Part shown: in pieces, positions 29,808-40,596 of the stretch
How the letters are laid out: each line of letters opens with the position of its first letter
Numbering within the stretch: the stretch's first letter is position 1
Assembly: GCA_050287845.1 (NCBI GenBank)
Contig: JBNKCR010000013.1
Location: 1 to 64,000 of the forward strand
Length of the DNA: 64,000 nucleotides
From: Polyangia bacterium
GTDB lineage: Bacteria > Myxococcota_A > Polyangia > JAAYKL01
Direction: 5' to 3'
Notes under the pieces: generated by a model
Seen by the model: only the letters and a program-made list of their open reading frames with translations
Told to the model about the DNA's origin: nothing
Databases searched by the model: none
Position numbers and translations under genes: made by a program

Positions 29808-30200
29808 TTACTCTTCTTCACTTTCTTCACATGCAATTCGACCACTGCTGTCTTTCCCCGTAGAATACACATCGGGGTCACTGCCTTCACAGTCGATTAC
29901 ATACGGATTGTTCCAGGGGTCCGTGGTCCGTTTTTTCTTGTCCAGGTAAGACCCCTTCAAGTCTTCGAGACTGGGGCACTTCCCGGGATTCTGTGCCATA
30001 TACAGCATTACCGCGGAGCGAATCACGCAGGACTCATTTTTGGCTGTGTCGTTGTTCGCCTTATCCAATTGCCCCATGAACGCAATGGTCACACCGGTAC
30101 CCAGCATACCAATGATAACGATAACAATCATAATTTCGATGAGGGTCATGCCGCGCTGGTGCTTGCGGCAACTTCTCTTAACCTGTGTTTTTGCAGACAT
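29808..30200 (-). CDS. gspG: Type II secretion major pseudopilin GspG
   Basis: RG|MTLIEIMIV; DPWNNPY; STGKD. Confidence 0.9.
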   Translation of the reverse strand: MSAKTQVKRSCRKHQRGMTLIEIMIVIVIIGMLGTGVTIAFMGQLDKANNDTAKNESCVIRSAVMLYMAQNPGKCPSLEDLKGSYLDKKKRTTDPWNNPYVIDCEGSDPDVYSTGKDSSGRIACEESEEE

Positions 30201-30217
30201 GAATATTTCTCCTTCAT

Positions 30218-30649
30218 TTAAAGGTTGAGTTCAACCAGATAACTTTTCACATTGTCTTCAACGGATTCATCGCCATCGGGTCCGAGGGACTGAACATCCA
30301 CATCATCGGTGTCAACCATGGACGGGCAATGCAACACATAGGGGGCTCCCCAGGGATCCGTAAGTGGCCTTAGATACGGGGCGCCTTCGGGAGGAGCCAC
30401 CAACTCTTCCAGATTCTGTGGACATCGTCCAAAATCCGCCCGGAACAGTCGTGCCGCGTGTGCAATTCTGGAAATATCAAGCTGGGCCTGGCGAACCCGC
30501 CGTTTGTTGTTCATCCAGCCGGTGGACCATCCCACAAACAGCCCTATCGAAAGGACGATGGAAACAGCTCTTATGCGAACGGCAAGAGGGCCCAGTTTTC
30601 GACGGCGGTGGCCTTTTTTTCCAACAACAATTTTTGTTCTTCCTACCAT
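30218..30649 (-). CDS. GspG-like pseudopilin domain protein lacking canonical prepilin cleavage motif
   Basis: DFGRCP, DPWGAPY, SLGPDG (GspG C-domain), but the N-terminus reads RRRKLGPLAVRI. Confidence 0.75.
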   Translation of the reverse strand: MVGRTKIVVGKKGHRRRKLGPLAVRIRAVSIVLSIGLFVGWSTGWMNNKRRVRQAQLDISRIAHAARLFRADFGRCPQNLEELVAPPEGAPYLRPLTDPWGAPYVLHCPSMVDTDDVDVQSLGPDGDESVEDNVKSYLVELNL

Positions 30650-31866
30650 CAGATAAACTCATTAATCTGAACCAGTGGCAGCAGCACTGCGGCGGCAATA
30701 CCACCGGCGCCAACTCCCATGATTACAATCAGCAAAGGTTCCAGAATGGACGTCAGCGCCATTACCTTCGCATCCACCTGCGCATCATACGATTGAGATA
30801 CATTTTCCAGCATTGCTTCCAACTGCCCGGTACGCTCCCCCACCGCAATCATATGTGTCACCACGGGGGGGAAATATCCCGATGCTTTCAACGGGTCCGA
30901 AATGCTTTCGCCTTCCCGGATAGAGCCGCTGGCATCCACCACCACCTTTTCAAGAACAACATTTCCCAGAACCCCCTTGGTGATATCCATTGCAGACAGA
31001 AGGGGCACACCGGATGACAACAGCGTCGCCAGGGTCTTTGAAAATCTGGAAATCGCCACCATCATGGTCAGTTTTCCGAAAATGGGTGCCCGCAATGTGA
31101 AGCGATGCCAGGCATATTCCCCTTTCTCAGTTTTCTTCCACTTGCGAAATCCCCAGACACTGAAGACCACAGAAATAATCACCATCCACCAGAACTGCTG
31201 CATGAAATCGCTGAACCCCACCAGAATGCGGGTATAAATGGGAAGTTCGGTATCGAAATTGTCAAAAATTGAAGTCACCTTCGGAACAACAACTATCATT
31301 AATATATTGATGACCACCACCCCGACGAACAACATGAATGCCGGATAGGCCATGGCTCCCACCACCTTGTTTTTCAACCGGTCCGACGCCTCAATGAAGT
31401 CAGCCAATCGCGCCAGTACCTGTTCAAGGGTTCCCGACTGTTCTCCAGCATGTACCATGTTGCAATACAGCCGATCGAAAAATGCCGGATATCGCGCAAA
31501 CGATTCCGACAGACTGATTCCCTGATTCACCTGGTCTCTGATGTCGGTAATCGCGCTTTTCAGGTCGTGTTTGTCACATTGCTCAATAACCGCCGAAAGC
31601 GATTCCACAAGGGAAACGCCCGAGCGCGTCAGCGTTGCCAGTTGTCTGGTCACAAGTGCCACATCCGCTTTTTTCACTCGATTGAAGTAGCGGCTGAAAT
31701 CCACTTCGTTCCTGTCTTTGCCTTCACCTTTCACCGAAACGGCTGTCGGCATGATACCGTCCCGTTTCAATGCGGTGCGCAACGCTTTCTCGCTGTCGGC
31801 ATCCAGGACCCCTTTTACGGTTTTCCCGTCTTTTCGGAGGATACCTTCATACTTATAAAGTGGCAC
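30649..31866 (-). CDS. gspF: Type II secretion platform protein GspF
   Basis: Motifs TRQLATL, GEQSGTL, AMAYP, LLSSGVP, GERTGQL, LEP. Confidence 0.96.
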   Translation of the reverse strand: MPLYKYEGILRKDGKTVKGVLDADSEKALRTALKRDGIMPTAVSVKGEGKDRNEVDFSRYFNRVKKADVALVTRQLATLTRSGVSLVESLSAVIEQCDKHDLKSAITDIRDQVNQGISLSESFARYPAFFDRLYCNMVHAGEQSGTLEQVLARLADFIEASDRLKNKVVGAMAYPAFMLFVGVVVINILMIVVVPKVTSIFDNFDTELPIYTRILVGFSDFMQQFWWMVIISVVFSVWGFRKWKKTEKGEYAWHRFTLRAPIFGKLTMMVAISRFSKTLATLLSSGVPLLSAMDITKGVLGNVVLEKVVVDASGSIREGESISDPLKASGYFPPVVTHMIAVGERTGQLEAMLENVSQSYDAQVDAKVMALTSILEPLLIVIMGVGAGGIAAAVLLPLVQINEFI

Positions 31867-31892
31867 AGTTCATTCCTTTTTATAAACGCAAC

Positions 31893-33668
31893 TCAGTCAT
31901 CGTGAGTTACTCGCAACACTTCTTCAATGGTGGTTATCCCGGCAAGAACCTTACGAGATCCGTCTTCTCGCAGATTCACCATTCCCTCTCTCAGAGCCGT
32001 CTTCTTGATTGTGTTGGAATCTGAATTCTTGAGCACCAGTGCCCGGATGTCATCGGTTATCATCAGCATTTCATAGAGCCCCGTTCTACCGCGATATCCG
32101 AGCCCCAGACATTCATCACACCCCACCGCCTGATACAACATCACCCGATCGGGATGGATTGGTTGCAGTGGGGAAAGACGCTTCGCCGCTTCCTTGTAAA
32201 CACCTGTAGAGGGATGATCAAATCCAGCATACGGATTGTCCGGATCGACACCGAGCTCAATCAGTTGGTCCCGGGTGGGTTCATAGAGTTCCTTGCAATG
32301 GGGACACAATACGCGCACCAGACGCTGGGCCTGAATTCCAATCATCGACGATGCCACCAGAAATGGTTCAATATCCATTTCCACAAGACGTGTCAGCGCG
32401 CCTGCCGCATCATTGGTGTGTATAGTGGATAGAACCAGATGGCCAGTGAGAGACGACTGCACGGCAATTTCGGCGGTTTCCCGGTCACGAATTTCCCCCA
32501 CCATGATCACGTCGGGGTCCTGTCGTAAAAACGCTCGCAACCCACTGGCGAAAGTCAAATCAATTTTGGGATTGACGTGAACCTGACCAATCCCTTCGAT
32601 GTCATATTCCACCGGGTCTTCAACCGTCAGAATATTTTTATCGGGTGTGTTAATCTGGGAAAGACCGGCATAGAGTGTTGTTGTTTTACCGGAACCGGTT
32701 GGCCCGGTCACCAGAATGATGCCATGGGGTCTTCGAATCAGACTGTGAAACAAGGTGTAGTGATCTTTCCAGAAACCCAGGTCAGTGATGTCGTGCAGAA
32801 CAGCCTGCTTGTCGAGCAAACGCATCACCACTCGCTCCCCCTGGCTGGTGGGCACGGTGGATACACGAATATCAATTGGCTTACCGGCGATTTTCAGTGA
32901 AATTCGACCATCCTGTGGAAGCCGTTTTTCAGCGATATTCAATTTGGCCAGAATCTTCACCCGCGAAATGATTGACGGCAAAAACGCTTTCTTCACATTC
33001 TTGGCGTTCTGCAACACACCATCCACCCGGTACCGCACGCCCACTTCCTTTTCGAGGGGCTCAATATGAATATCACTGGCTCTGCGCCGCACTGCCTCAA
33101 AGAACAGATTGTTCACCCAGCGGATGATTGGCGCTTCATCTTCTGCATCAATGAGGTCGGTCAGTTCCTCTTCTTCAGCTGCGCCGGTCCCGCCCAGATC
33201 TTCGTCTTTGCCCGAACGCTCATATACCGAGTTGATGGCTTCGACGATGACCTCTCCCGGGGCAACAACAGATTCCACCGGTCGTCCGAGAATCGCCTGA
33301 ACCGCATCAAGCGCGCCAAGATCGAAGGGATCGGCGCATGCAACACGAACTCCGGTGACCGTTTCCTGCAGCGGCAGTACCCGATTGTTTTTGGCAAACA
33401 CAATCGGAAGGTCCTCAATCAGGTGAGGAGCCACCTCGTCCGGTCGGATGGTCTCCAGGAACGAAAGTCCCATCCGGGCAGCAATGGCGCCTCTGGCCTG
33501 AATTTCTGTAACAATCTTTTCTCCAAGCAGATAATCCAGAAGGGAATCACTCTTTGTTGCAATAACAATCAGCGCATCGTTCAGCTGCGAACTGTCCAGG
33601 ACGCCGGCATTCACCAGTATTTCCCCGACAAAATTGTCTCTGGGACTACTCACCGTCTCCTCCTGCAT
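31893..33668 (-). CDS. gspE: Type II secretion ATPase GspE
   Basis: ASDIHIEP, PQDGRI, Walker A GPTGSGKTT, LRQDPD, GEIRD, CPHC/CDEC. Confidence 0.97.
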   Translation of the reverse strand: MQEETVSSPRDNFVGEILVNAGVLDSSQLNDALIVIATKSDSLLDYLLGEKIVTEIQARGAIAARMGLSFLETIRPDEVAPHLIEDLPIVFAKNNRVLPLQETVTGVRVACADPFDLGALDAVQAILGRPVESVVAPGEVIVEAINSVYERSGKDEDLGGTGAAEEEELTDLIDAEDEAPIIRWVNNLFFEAVRRRASDIHIEPLEKEVGVRYRVDGVLQNAKNVKKAFLPSIISRVKILAKLNIAEKRLPQDGRISLKIAGKPIDIRVSTVPTSQGERVVMRLLDKQAVLHDITDLGFWKDHYTLFHSLIRRPHGIILVTGPTGSGKTTTLYAGLSQINTPDKNILTVEDPVEYDIEGIGQVHVNPKIDLTFASGLRAFLRQDPDVIMVGEIRDRETAEIAVQSSLTGHLVLSTIHTNDAAGALTRLVEMDIEPFLVASSMIGIQAQRLVRVLCPHCKELYEPTRDQLIELGVDPDNPYAGFDHPSTGVYKEAAKRLSPLQPIHPDRVMLYQAVGCDECLGLGYRGRTGLYEMLMITDDIRALVLKNSDSNTIKKTALREGMVNLREDGSRKVLAGITTIEEVLRVTHDD

Positions 33669-36285
33669 TGGTAATCACCACAGGCTCCTCTCCGGCAACA
33701 CCACCAAGAGGTTGGGCTTCCACCGAGGATTTGCCTCCTGAAACCTTCACGTTTCCGGTGTCATCGAACTCCATCTCCACTTCCCCGGATTCCATTGCAG
33801 CGTCCTCAGAGTCCGGATTCACTTTTTCCAGTCTGAGGGGCGGTTTGGGTTCGTGCTCATCTACGACTTTATTTTCCGATTCCTGTCGGAGACGCAAATC
33901 TTCCTGGGCCTGACCGATGACCTCATCGATTACCGAAAGCGCACCCTTGGTGCGGGACCAATCCAGATGGGGATCATACCGCCGATATTCAAACGCCGTA
34001 TACCGCTCGATGAACTCGCGCCGCTCGGCCATCTTCCGCTGAAAGATTTCCCGGAAATCAGCAGGGGTTCGGATGATGTAGGGAGTCAGAAAAATCAACA
34101 GATTCCGCTTTTTCGTCTTACTGATTTTATTTCGGAATAACATTCCCAGCAGCGGAATATCTCCGAGGACCGGCACTTTCGTGGTGGTTTCCACTTCGTT
34201 ATCTGTGATCAATCCACCCAATACAAAGGTTTGCTGGTCAGATACCACAGACGTGGTTTTTGCATTCTGCTTCGAGATGGTTGGCCCGGATTTGGGATCG
34301 ATGGCTTTCACCTCGCTGATTTCCAGGTCCACCTCAAGACGCACCTGATTGTCATCGTTGATATGGGGAGTAATTGCCAATGTGATCCCCACATCCTGAC
34401 GACTGTATGAGCTGGTGAGACTGCTCAACGAGCCGGAGTTCAACAGGTTGGCTGCAGTTGAATTTGTCGAGCCACCACTACCCAGCAATCCGAGCATGGC
34501 GGCTCCCGTATTCACTCCCTGAAGCACCGGAACGTTCTCTCCGACCGTAATGGAGGCTTCGGCGTTATCCGTTGCAAGAATGTGCGGTGTTGACAACACG
34601 TTCACATCTGAATTCTGCTGCAATGCATGGAGCGCCACCCCGAATGCCGGTATCGAAATCCCCACCATCTCTTTCGAGCCGGGAATATCCGGTCCCCGTA
34701 CCCCCGCTGCCAGTCCCGTCAGCGATGACACATCAAAGCCAAGACTCGTGGGCCCCCCGGGGGGCTGGCTCACACCATACAGCAACGATTCATTGTCGCC
34801 GTCGCCAACCATCCCGCCACCGTGAACCCCCAGACCGACACTCCGATCTTTTTCGAGACTCACCTCCATGATAACTGCTTCAACAAATACCTGCCGCTGC
34901 ATGGAGTCCAATTCATCAATCACCGCTTTGAGGCTCATGTAATCCCGCAGCGATGATACCACCACCAGCGAATTCGTGGCCTTATCTGCTGAAATGTTCA
35001 GATCACCTTCGAATAATTCGGTCTGAGTTGCCGCTTTCTTCTTCCCACCAGCCTTGGTCGCGGCCTTGGCGAGGCTGTTGAGGGTTTTTGCCAGTTCTTC
35101 TGCATTGGCATGCTGCAATCGAATTACATGCAACGTGCCTTCTCCGGCTACCGGCACATCCAATACCTTCACAAGCTCCAGGATGCGCAGATAGCCTTCT
35201 TCTGAAGCAACAATAATCAATGAATTGGTTCGTTCATCGGCAATCACCTTCGAATAGTTGACAGCACCCGCCCCCGCGCCGTCTCCCATGGCCACGTCGG
35301 GCGTCACATTGCCTGCCTTTCCCTTTGCGGCCCTCTTCGGCGCCGCTTTTTTCCCACCAGTACTCCCCACGTCAAAAATTTCCTGTATCCTCGCCGCAAT
35401 TTCATCGGCAGACGCATAATTCACAGGTTCAATCCAAATCTGTTCCCGGGTCCCTGCCACATCGAGCAGACTGATGAGGCGAACCAGTCTCCGGATGGAT
35501 GTACCGTAATCAGTAATAATCAGGGTGTTCGTTGGAGAGTAGACTGTAATGTCACCTTCCGGAGACTTGAATTTGGTCAACAATCCGGACATTTCCTCTG
35601 CAGACACGTACACCAGCGGCTGGAGCCGGGTGATTATCTGGTCCCGATTTGGGGTATTCCTGAGAATGGGTGTATTCTGTGCAATGGCATTTTTATTGGG
35701 GACAATTTTGAGATATCGTCCGGAAGGCATCACCGTCAGGTTGTTGACCTGAAGAACACTCAGAAATGTCTGATACGCTTCCTGGGCAGTTATTTTAGTC
35801 GGCGCATAAATGGTTGCCTTTATTTTGGGAACCGTGCCTCCGATAATAAAGCTCTTGCCGGTGATGTTGCCGATAATTTTTATCAGCTCTATCAAATCCG
35901 CATCCACCAGGTTGAACGCAAACCGCGCCCCTGCCTTCGGTTTGCGATATTCGATGTTCAGGTCCATATTCTGCGCGTCTTTGACACCATCCCACGCGGT
36001 TGGCTCCGCCCCCTCGACTCTCGTCGGAGTCTTTGGTGCCGGCGGCACGGTCGGGGTACGGGGAGGAGGAGGTGCAGCGGGACGCACCGCAGGTTTTACA
36101 ACCGGTTTCCCTGCGACGGGCGCTCTCTGGGCGGCGGCGGATACCTTCCTCCGATTCAATTGCGGCGATGCGCCTGATTCCGGGGAATACCCGGCCACCA
36201 TCAGGCACGCCAACAGTCCCAGAGCTACACCTACATAATTCGCATTCAGTTTTATCACCCGATTCTCATTCCAGCTTCTACCCAT
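33646..36285 (-). CDS. gspD: Type II secretion secretin GspD
   Basis: N0-N3 repeats (TNTLII, TNSLII, TNSLVV), QVFVEAVIMEV, KVPVLGDIPLLG, LLIFLTP; GGAG SD before ATG 36285. Confidence 0.96.
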   Translation of the reverse strand: MGRSWNENRVIKLNANYVGVALGLLACLMVAGYSPESGASPQLNRRKVSAAAQRAPVAGKPVVKPAVRPAAPPPPRTPTVPPAPKTPTRVEGAEPTAWDGVKDAQNMDLNIEYRKPKAGARFAFNLVDADLIELIKIIGNITGKSFIIGGTVPKIKATIYAPTKITAQEAYQTFLSVLQVNNLTVMPSGRYLKIVPNKNAIAQNTPILRNTPNRDQIITRLQPLVYVSAEEMSGLLTKFKSPEGDITVYSPTNTLIITDYGTSIRRLVRLISLLDVAGTREQIWIEPVNYASADEIAARIQEIFDVGSTGGKKAAPKRAAKGKAGNVTPDVAMGDGAGAGAVNYSKVIADERTNSLIIVASEEGYLRILELVKVLDVPVAGEGTLHVIRLQHANAEELAKTLNSLAKAATKAGGKKKAATQTELFEGDLNISADKATNSLVVVSSLRDYMSLKAVIDELDSMQRQVFVEAVIMEVSLEKDRSVGLGVHGGGMVGDGDNESLLYGVSQPPGGPTSLGFDVSSLTGLAAGVRGPDIPGSKEMVGISIPAFGVALHALQQNSDVNVLSTPHILATDNAEASITVGENVPVLQGVNTGAAMLGLLGSGGSTNSTAANLLNSGSLSSLTSSYSRQDVGITLAITPHINDDNQVRLEVDLEISEVKAIDPKSGPTISKQNAKTTSVVSDQQTFVLGGLITDNEVETTTKVPVLGDIPLLGMLFRNKISKTKKRNLLIFLTPYIIRTPADFREIFQRKMAERREFIERYTAFEYRRYDPHLDWSRTKGALSVIDEVIGQAQEDLRLRQESENKVVDEHEPKPPLRLEKVNPDSEDAAMESGEVEMEFDDTGNVKVSGGKSSVEAQPLGGVAGEEPVVITNAGGDGE

Positions 36286-36493
36286 TATCAACAACTCCAA
36301 AAATTTTCCCGCGCACACAAAGTGCGGTCAATTTGCCAAATTGTCTTGTCCGACATACAACGTGTCCCCGAAAGCACACGCCGGTATTTCTGTAACCCGG
36401 ATAAATTTCACATTATTCTCGCATTCATGCGAAATCCCTGTTTTATGTCGGTGAACTTGTCATTTATATTCCCAGTCATTCATTTATAGACAT

Positions 36494-36509
36494 AGCGAAT
36501 TCTGTGCCA
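36494..36509 (-). promoter_or_regulatory. Sigma54 (-24/-12) promoter candidate for the gsp operon
   Basis: Minus strand TGGCACAGAATTCGCT = GG-N10-GC, ~210 bp upstream of gspD. Confidence 0.65.
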
Positions 36510-36741
36510 CCGGCCGGTCGATATAAAAACATATGTAAAAATAATAAGTTACCATCACCTCGAATGCGACTCCCTCGCCGTCAGCGACAAATTGTCACAA
36601 AAAAAATCTGCTGTTGTCGTTAATGTCAAAGGCCTCCCACCCGCACGACCAATATTAAAAAACCGTCACGCCCCCATTACGGAACTGTTAAAACTGTGAT
36701 ACAGAAGGCCGACGAATCAGGCGCGCAATGCTAAAAAGCAG

Positions 36742-38103
36742 GTGCATGGCAAACACGGGTATACGATGGGCGTTCAGAACGAAGAATCCAAAAGAGCAGT
36801 CGCAGCTCAACCAGAACCGGAAATGCCCGCGAAAGCGGCCAAAAAAATGGGTAGAGTCGTTTTTATCGATCAGGCAAGAGCATTCGCTCTGACCATGATG
36901 CTCGTTGGTCATAGCCTGCATCATTTTCTGGGAGAACCCTGGAGAAGCAGTCATGCATACAATGAATATCAATTTTTCAGAGGAATCACTTCGGCATTGT
37001 TCCTGATGGTATCCGGCTTCTCGTTCGTTGTGGCATCCTTCAAATACTGGGACGACTACACCAGCATTTCACCGCGACTGATTGCACGGGCCAGGAGGAT
37101 TGGATACATCCTTTTTCTGGCATACCTGCTTCATATGTATGGCGGAACGCTGGCACAGATGTTTTCGTGGTACTCCCCTCAGAAAATCGAATATTTCTTG
37201 CGATTTGATGTACTTCAGAATATCGGTTTCGGCTTGCTCATTCTGCATTCGGCTGCATATCTGATGAAAAAAATAGAACATTTCTGGAAAGTCATGTTGG
37301 CGATGTTCATCGGTGTCATGCTGCTGGCGGCAGTGACGTACAATCCGGCAGTAGACACTGTTCTTCCCATCTGGCTGGCGCCCGCCGTGAACATGTACCA
37401 CCGTTCTCTGTTTCCACTGGTCCCATTCACCGGGTTCATGATCGCCGGTGCCTTTTTTGGGTATTTCTTCTGGAAAGGCAAACAGAAAGGCTCAGACTGG
37501 AAAGCGATGGTGGCCCTGGCAACAACTGGCATTGCGCTGTTGCTCTTCGAATATGTCTTAAGAAACATTATTCCCGGTGGCGTTTTCCCGTTTTCAGTAG
37601 ATATCCCCAGGACGCCGGGGAACACATTTGCCCGCTGCGGATGCGCCATGCTGGTTATCTCCGCTTTTTATTTTATCGAGAAGTTCGTGGTTATCCTTCC
37701 CCGTATGTCCCTGCTGATGAGCAAGGACTCATTGGCTATCTATGTGGTTCACCTGCCAATCATTTATGGCGCGAAACTGGGTGTTCTGCAATCGTACCAG
37801 GGCAAAATGACACCAGTGCAAACATTTTTGTATATCAGTGTGCTGTTTGCCGTGATGCTGCTGCTCGCCTACACCATTAATCTCGTACGCAAAAAGTACC
37901 CTGTTGCTCAGACCAGAATCCGGCGGACCGCCATTCTGGCCTGGTGTCTGATGTTTATTCTCTGGCCCAGGGTAAGTCCGCTCTCCGTTACCATGTCTAT
38001 CGGGGTGGCTGTATTTTTCATGGTGGATGGCCACAGGAAGACGGCCGATAGACTGCGAACGATGCTCAGCGACTACAGGAAGAAGCGCCGGCCAGCATCG
38101 TAG
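36742..38103 (+). CDS. DUF1624/HGSNAT-like integral membrane acyltransferase
   Basis: RVVFIDQARAFALTMMLVGH, LFLMVSG, DVLQNIG, FPLVP, SLAIYVVH; many TMs. Confidence 0.75.
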   Translation: MHGKHGYTMGVQNEESKRAVAAQPEPEMPAKAAKKMGRVVFIDQARAFALTMMLVGHSLHHFLGEPWRSSHAYNEYQFFRGITSALFLMVSGFSFVVASFKYWDDYTSISPRLIARARRIGYILFLAYLLHMYGGTLAQMFSWYSPQKIEYFLRFDVLQNIGFGLLILHSAAYLMKKIEHFWKVMLAMFIGVMLLAAVTYNPAVDTVLPIWLAPAVNMYHRSLFPLVPFTGFMIAGAFFGYFFWKGKQKGSDWKAMVALATTGIALLLFEYVLRNIIPGGVFPFSVDIPRTPGNTFARCGCAMLVISAFYFIEKFVVILPRMSLLMSKDSLAIYVVHLPIIYGAKLGVLQSYQGKMTPVQTFLYISVLFAVMLLLAYTINLVRKKYPVAQTRIRRTAILAWCLMFILWPRVSPLSVTMSIGVAVFFMVDGHRKTADRLRTMLSDYRKKRRPAS

Positions 38104-38115
38104 AGGGGGCGCGAT

Positions 38116-38643
38116 TCAGTAAGAAATCAGGCTGTGAACCGGGACATCACCGAGCGCGGCCCTGCCTTCAAGGAAGGCGAGTTCAATCACAAAACCAATT
38201 CCAACAACGTCCGCGCCCAGCTTGCGAACCAGATTAATGGTCGCTTTGGCGGTCCCTCCCGTCGCCAGCAAGTCATCAATAATCAGCACTTTATCTCCCT
38301 CGCCCAACGCATCCTCATGAATTTCCAGGGTGTCGGTACCATACTCCAGGGTGAATTCCTCACTGACGGTTGCGGACGGCAGCTTACCCGGTTTTCGTAC
38401 CGGTACAAATCCCACACCCAGTCGCTCCGCGACGGACACACCGAAAATGAATCCCCTGGATTCCATTCCGGCAACCGCGGTAATCCCTTTCCCCTCAAAC
38501 GGTTTGGCCAGGGCATCCAACGTCGCTTTCAGACCGGCCGCATTCTGCAACAGCGGCGTAATATCCTTGAATATGATTCCCGGTTTCGGAAAATCGGGAA
38601 CGTCCCGGATTAATGACTTAATGTTCATTTCACTCATGTTCAC
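38116..38643 (-). CDS. apt: Adenine phosphoribosyltransferase
   Basis: Motifs [39 protein letters not shown]. Confidence 0.98.
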   Translation of the reverse strand: MNMSEMNIKSLIRDVPDFPKPGIIFKDITPLLQNAAGLKATLDALAKPFEGKGITAVAGMESRGFIFGVSVAERLGVGFVPVRKPGKLPSATVSEEFTLEYGTDTLEIHEDALGEGDKVLIIDDLLATGGTAKATINLVRKLGADVVGIGFVIELAFLEGRAALGDVPVHSLISY

Positions 38644-39425
38644 TCCTTCTCTGGCAGATATAACGTTGGATCCACCGGTTGCTCATTTACACGAACCTCA
38701 AAATGCAACAGGGATTCCGATGCGGCGCCACTGTTACCGACCTCCGCGATTTTCTCGCCGCGCATGACATGGGCACCTTCTTTCACGAGGTTGATTCTGT
38801 TATGTGCATACACGGTAATAATATTGTTTTCGTGGCGGAGAAGAATCAGATTTCCATATCCCTTGATGGCATCCCCGGAGTACAGCACTTCTCCATTGGC
38901 CGCGGCACTCACATCGGCTCCCGCCGACGCCTTGATGTCAATACCATCAGAATCGCCAGCACTCCCTTTACCCCGCTTTCCAAACCATTGAACCACATTT
39001 CCTTCCACCGGCCATAAAAAACAGGAACGCTCTGCGGCATGGCATTTTCCACCTCTGGCGCCAGCCGTCCCCGATGAACTTGAGCTCGATGCGTTCGGTG
39101 TCACCTGAGACACAGCGGAACCGGGGTGTTCCCCGGTAACCGTCGTTTCAATTGGTCGTTCCTTCACGGGGCGACCGTCCCCCGGCGGTTTTCCCGACCC
39201 GAGTGGAATAAATATCCGATCCCTGCCAACTATCCGTCCCGTGGATGGAATCTGATTCAACTCCGCAATCTCCTCCTTCGACACCCCATACCGCTGAGAA
39301 ATGGATTCAACGGTATCCGTCTGCTGCACCGGATGCCATTTGCCGAGTACCGATAAAGGTGCCACTGTCCCGGCGCAGCACAGCAGGCCAAAGACGGTCA
39401 GGGATAGAATGCTCAACTTCAACAT
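38640..39425 (-). CDS. nlpD: LysM + M23 peptidase-domain lipoprotein (NlpD-like)
   Basis: Lipobox-like LLCC, LysM, WPVEG, DGIDI, GYGNLI, VYAHN, LHFEVR. Confidence 0.85.
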   Translation of the reverse strand: MLKLSILSLTVFGLLCCAGTVAPLSVLGKWHPVQQTDTVESISQRYGVSKEEIAELNQIPSTGRIVGRDRIFIPLGSGKPPGDGRPVKERPIETTVTGEHPGSAVSQVTPNASSSSSSGTAGARGGKCHAAERSCFLWPVEGNVVQWFGKRGKGSAGDSDGIDIKASAGADVSAAANGEVLYSGDAIKGYGNLILLRHENNIITVYAHNRINLVKEGAHVMRGEKIAEVGNSGAASESLLHFEVRVNEQPVDPTLYLPEKE

Positions 39426-39579
39426 GCGGGCGTTATATCATGCATTCGACAGAATCGAAATATTGTTCATCTTCCAGGAAAAGTTCACAGTTCACACAAT
39501 CGGGGAGAGATTCAGGAAAGAAAAATTGCACTGGTTTCATGCAACGTTCAGTTGACTGTTCACCTGACATCGATTCGAT

Positions 39580-40596
39580 TTAATCGTCTTCACGCCTTTT
39601 GCCCAGCGCAATCATGCCAAACGAACCACCGAGCCCCAGAATCAACGCAACGCCACTGACCACGCCTTCTCCGGCAGACTCCGGCATTCTGTTTTTCGCG
39701 GTGGCAATCTGGACGTCCTGTTTCACCTCTCCATGCCGATCTGTAACGGTCGCCCCCTGGGAAACATCCTTGAACGGCCAGAGCACAAAAAGACTTCCCA
39801 GAATCAACCCTATCAGAAATGCCATCGTGGCGGATTTTGCCTTTTTCAACAACAACGCCAGCACTTTTGTAAACGCCCAGAGCCCCACAACCAGGCCGAT
39901 GCCAAAAGAGGCCAGCCAGATGAACGCCCCCAGTTCGAATTTTCCATCCGCCAACGAAGTGAGAAAATCTGTAATTTTTGCAATGAAGTTCTGATATTGC
40001 CCCATTACCAGCAATACGAAGGAACCGCTGATTCCCGGCAGAATCATGGCACTGATGGCCAGAGCGCCTGCACCGGCGGCAACCAACGGGCTATCTGCTC
40101 CCGCTGAATTGTCAGGCATCACAAATGAAATGCCCGCTGTCAGGGCGATGCCCGGAATGATGAGCAGCAGACGCCAGCCTCTCTTTTCCATCATGGCCCA
40201 GGGAACCGCCACTGACGGCACAATCAGCCCCACAAAAAACGCCAGGGTGGGAGCAGTCTGCTGTCCCAGCAAATATTCCATCAGAAACGCCAGGGCTGTG
40301 GCGCTGATGCCCGCCATCACAACAAGTATTGCAAGAAACAATGCGTCAATTCTCTGCAATTCCGTTTTGAAATTGTCCACAGCCTCTTTCCTGAACGTCA
40401 ATAAACCGAGGCAGGATTTCAGAGTCTGCAGCGAAATTGCGTTAATGGCATTCACCATTCTGTCAAAAATACCAAGAATCAGTGCAAACGTTCCGCCGGA
40501 GACTCCCGGAATAATATTGGCAAGACCAATCAATGCACCGTTTACCGCAGTCAGTATTATACTTTTCAATGACATTTCTCTTTTTGATTCAGTCAT
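39580..40596 (-). CDS. DUF368 membrane protein (undecaprenyl-phosphate translocase family)
   Basis: Repeated IPGVSGGT / LPGISGS motifs; WPF; multi-TM. Confidence 0.9.
   Translation of the reverse strand: MTESKREMSLKSIILTAVNGALIGLANIIPGVSGGTFALILGIFDRMVNAINAISLQTLKSCLGLLTFRKEAVDNFKTELQRIDALFLAILVVMAGISATALAFLMEYLLGQQTAPTLAFFVGLIVPSVAVPWAMMEKRGWRLLLIIPGIALTAGISFVMPDNSAGADSPLVAAGAGALAISAMILPGISGSFVLLVMGQYQNFIAKITDFLTSLADGKFELGAFIWLASFGIGLVVGLWAFTKVLALLLKKAKSATMAFLIGLILGSLFVLWPFKDVSQGATVTDRHGEVKQDVQIATAKNRMPESAGEGVVSGVALILGLGGSFGMIALGKRREDD

Noticed and set aside
24661..33668. Type IV pilus operon (pilM/pilB/pilC)
   Set aside because: GspK, GspN and a GspD-type secretin in T2SS gene order; no pilT or pilNOP.
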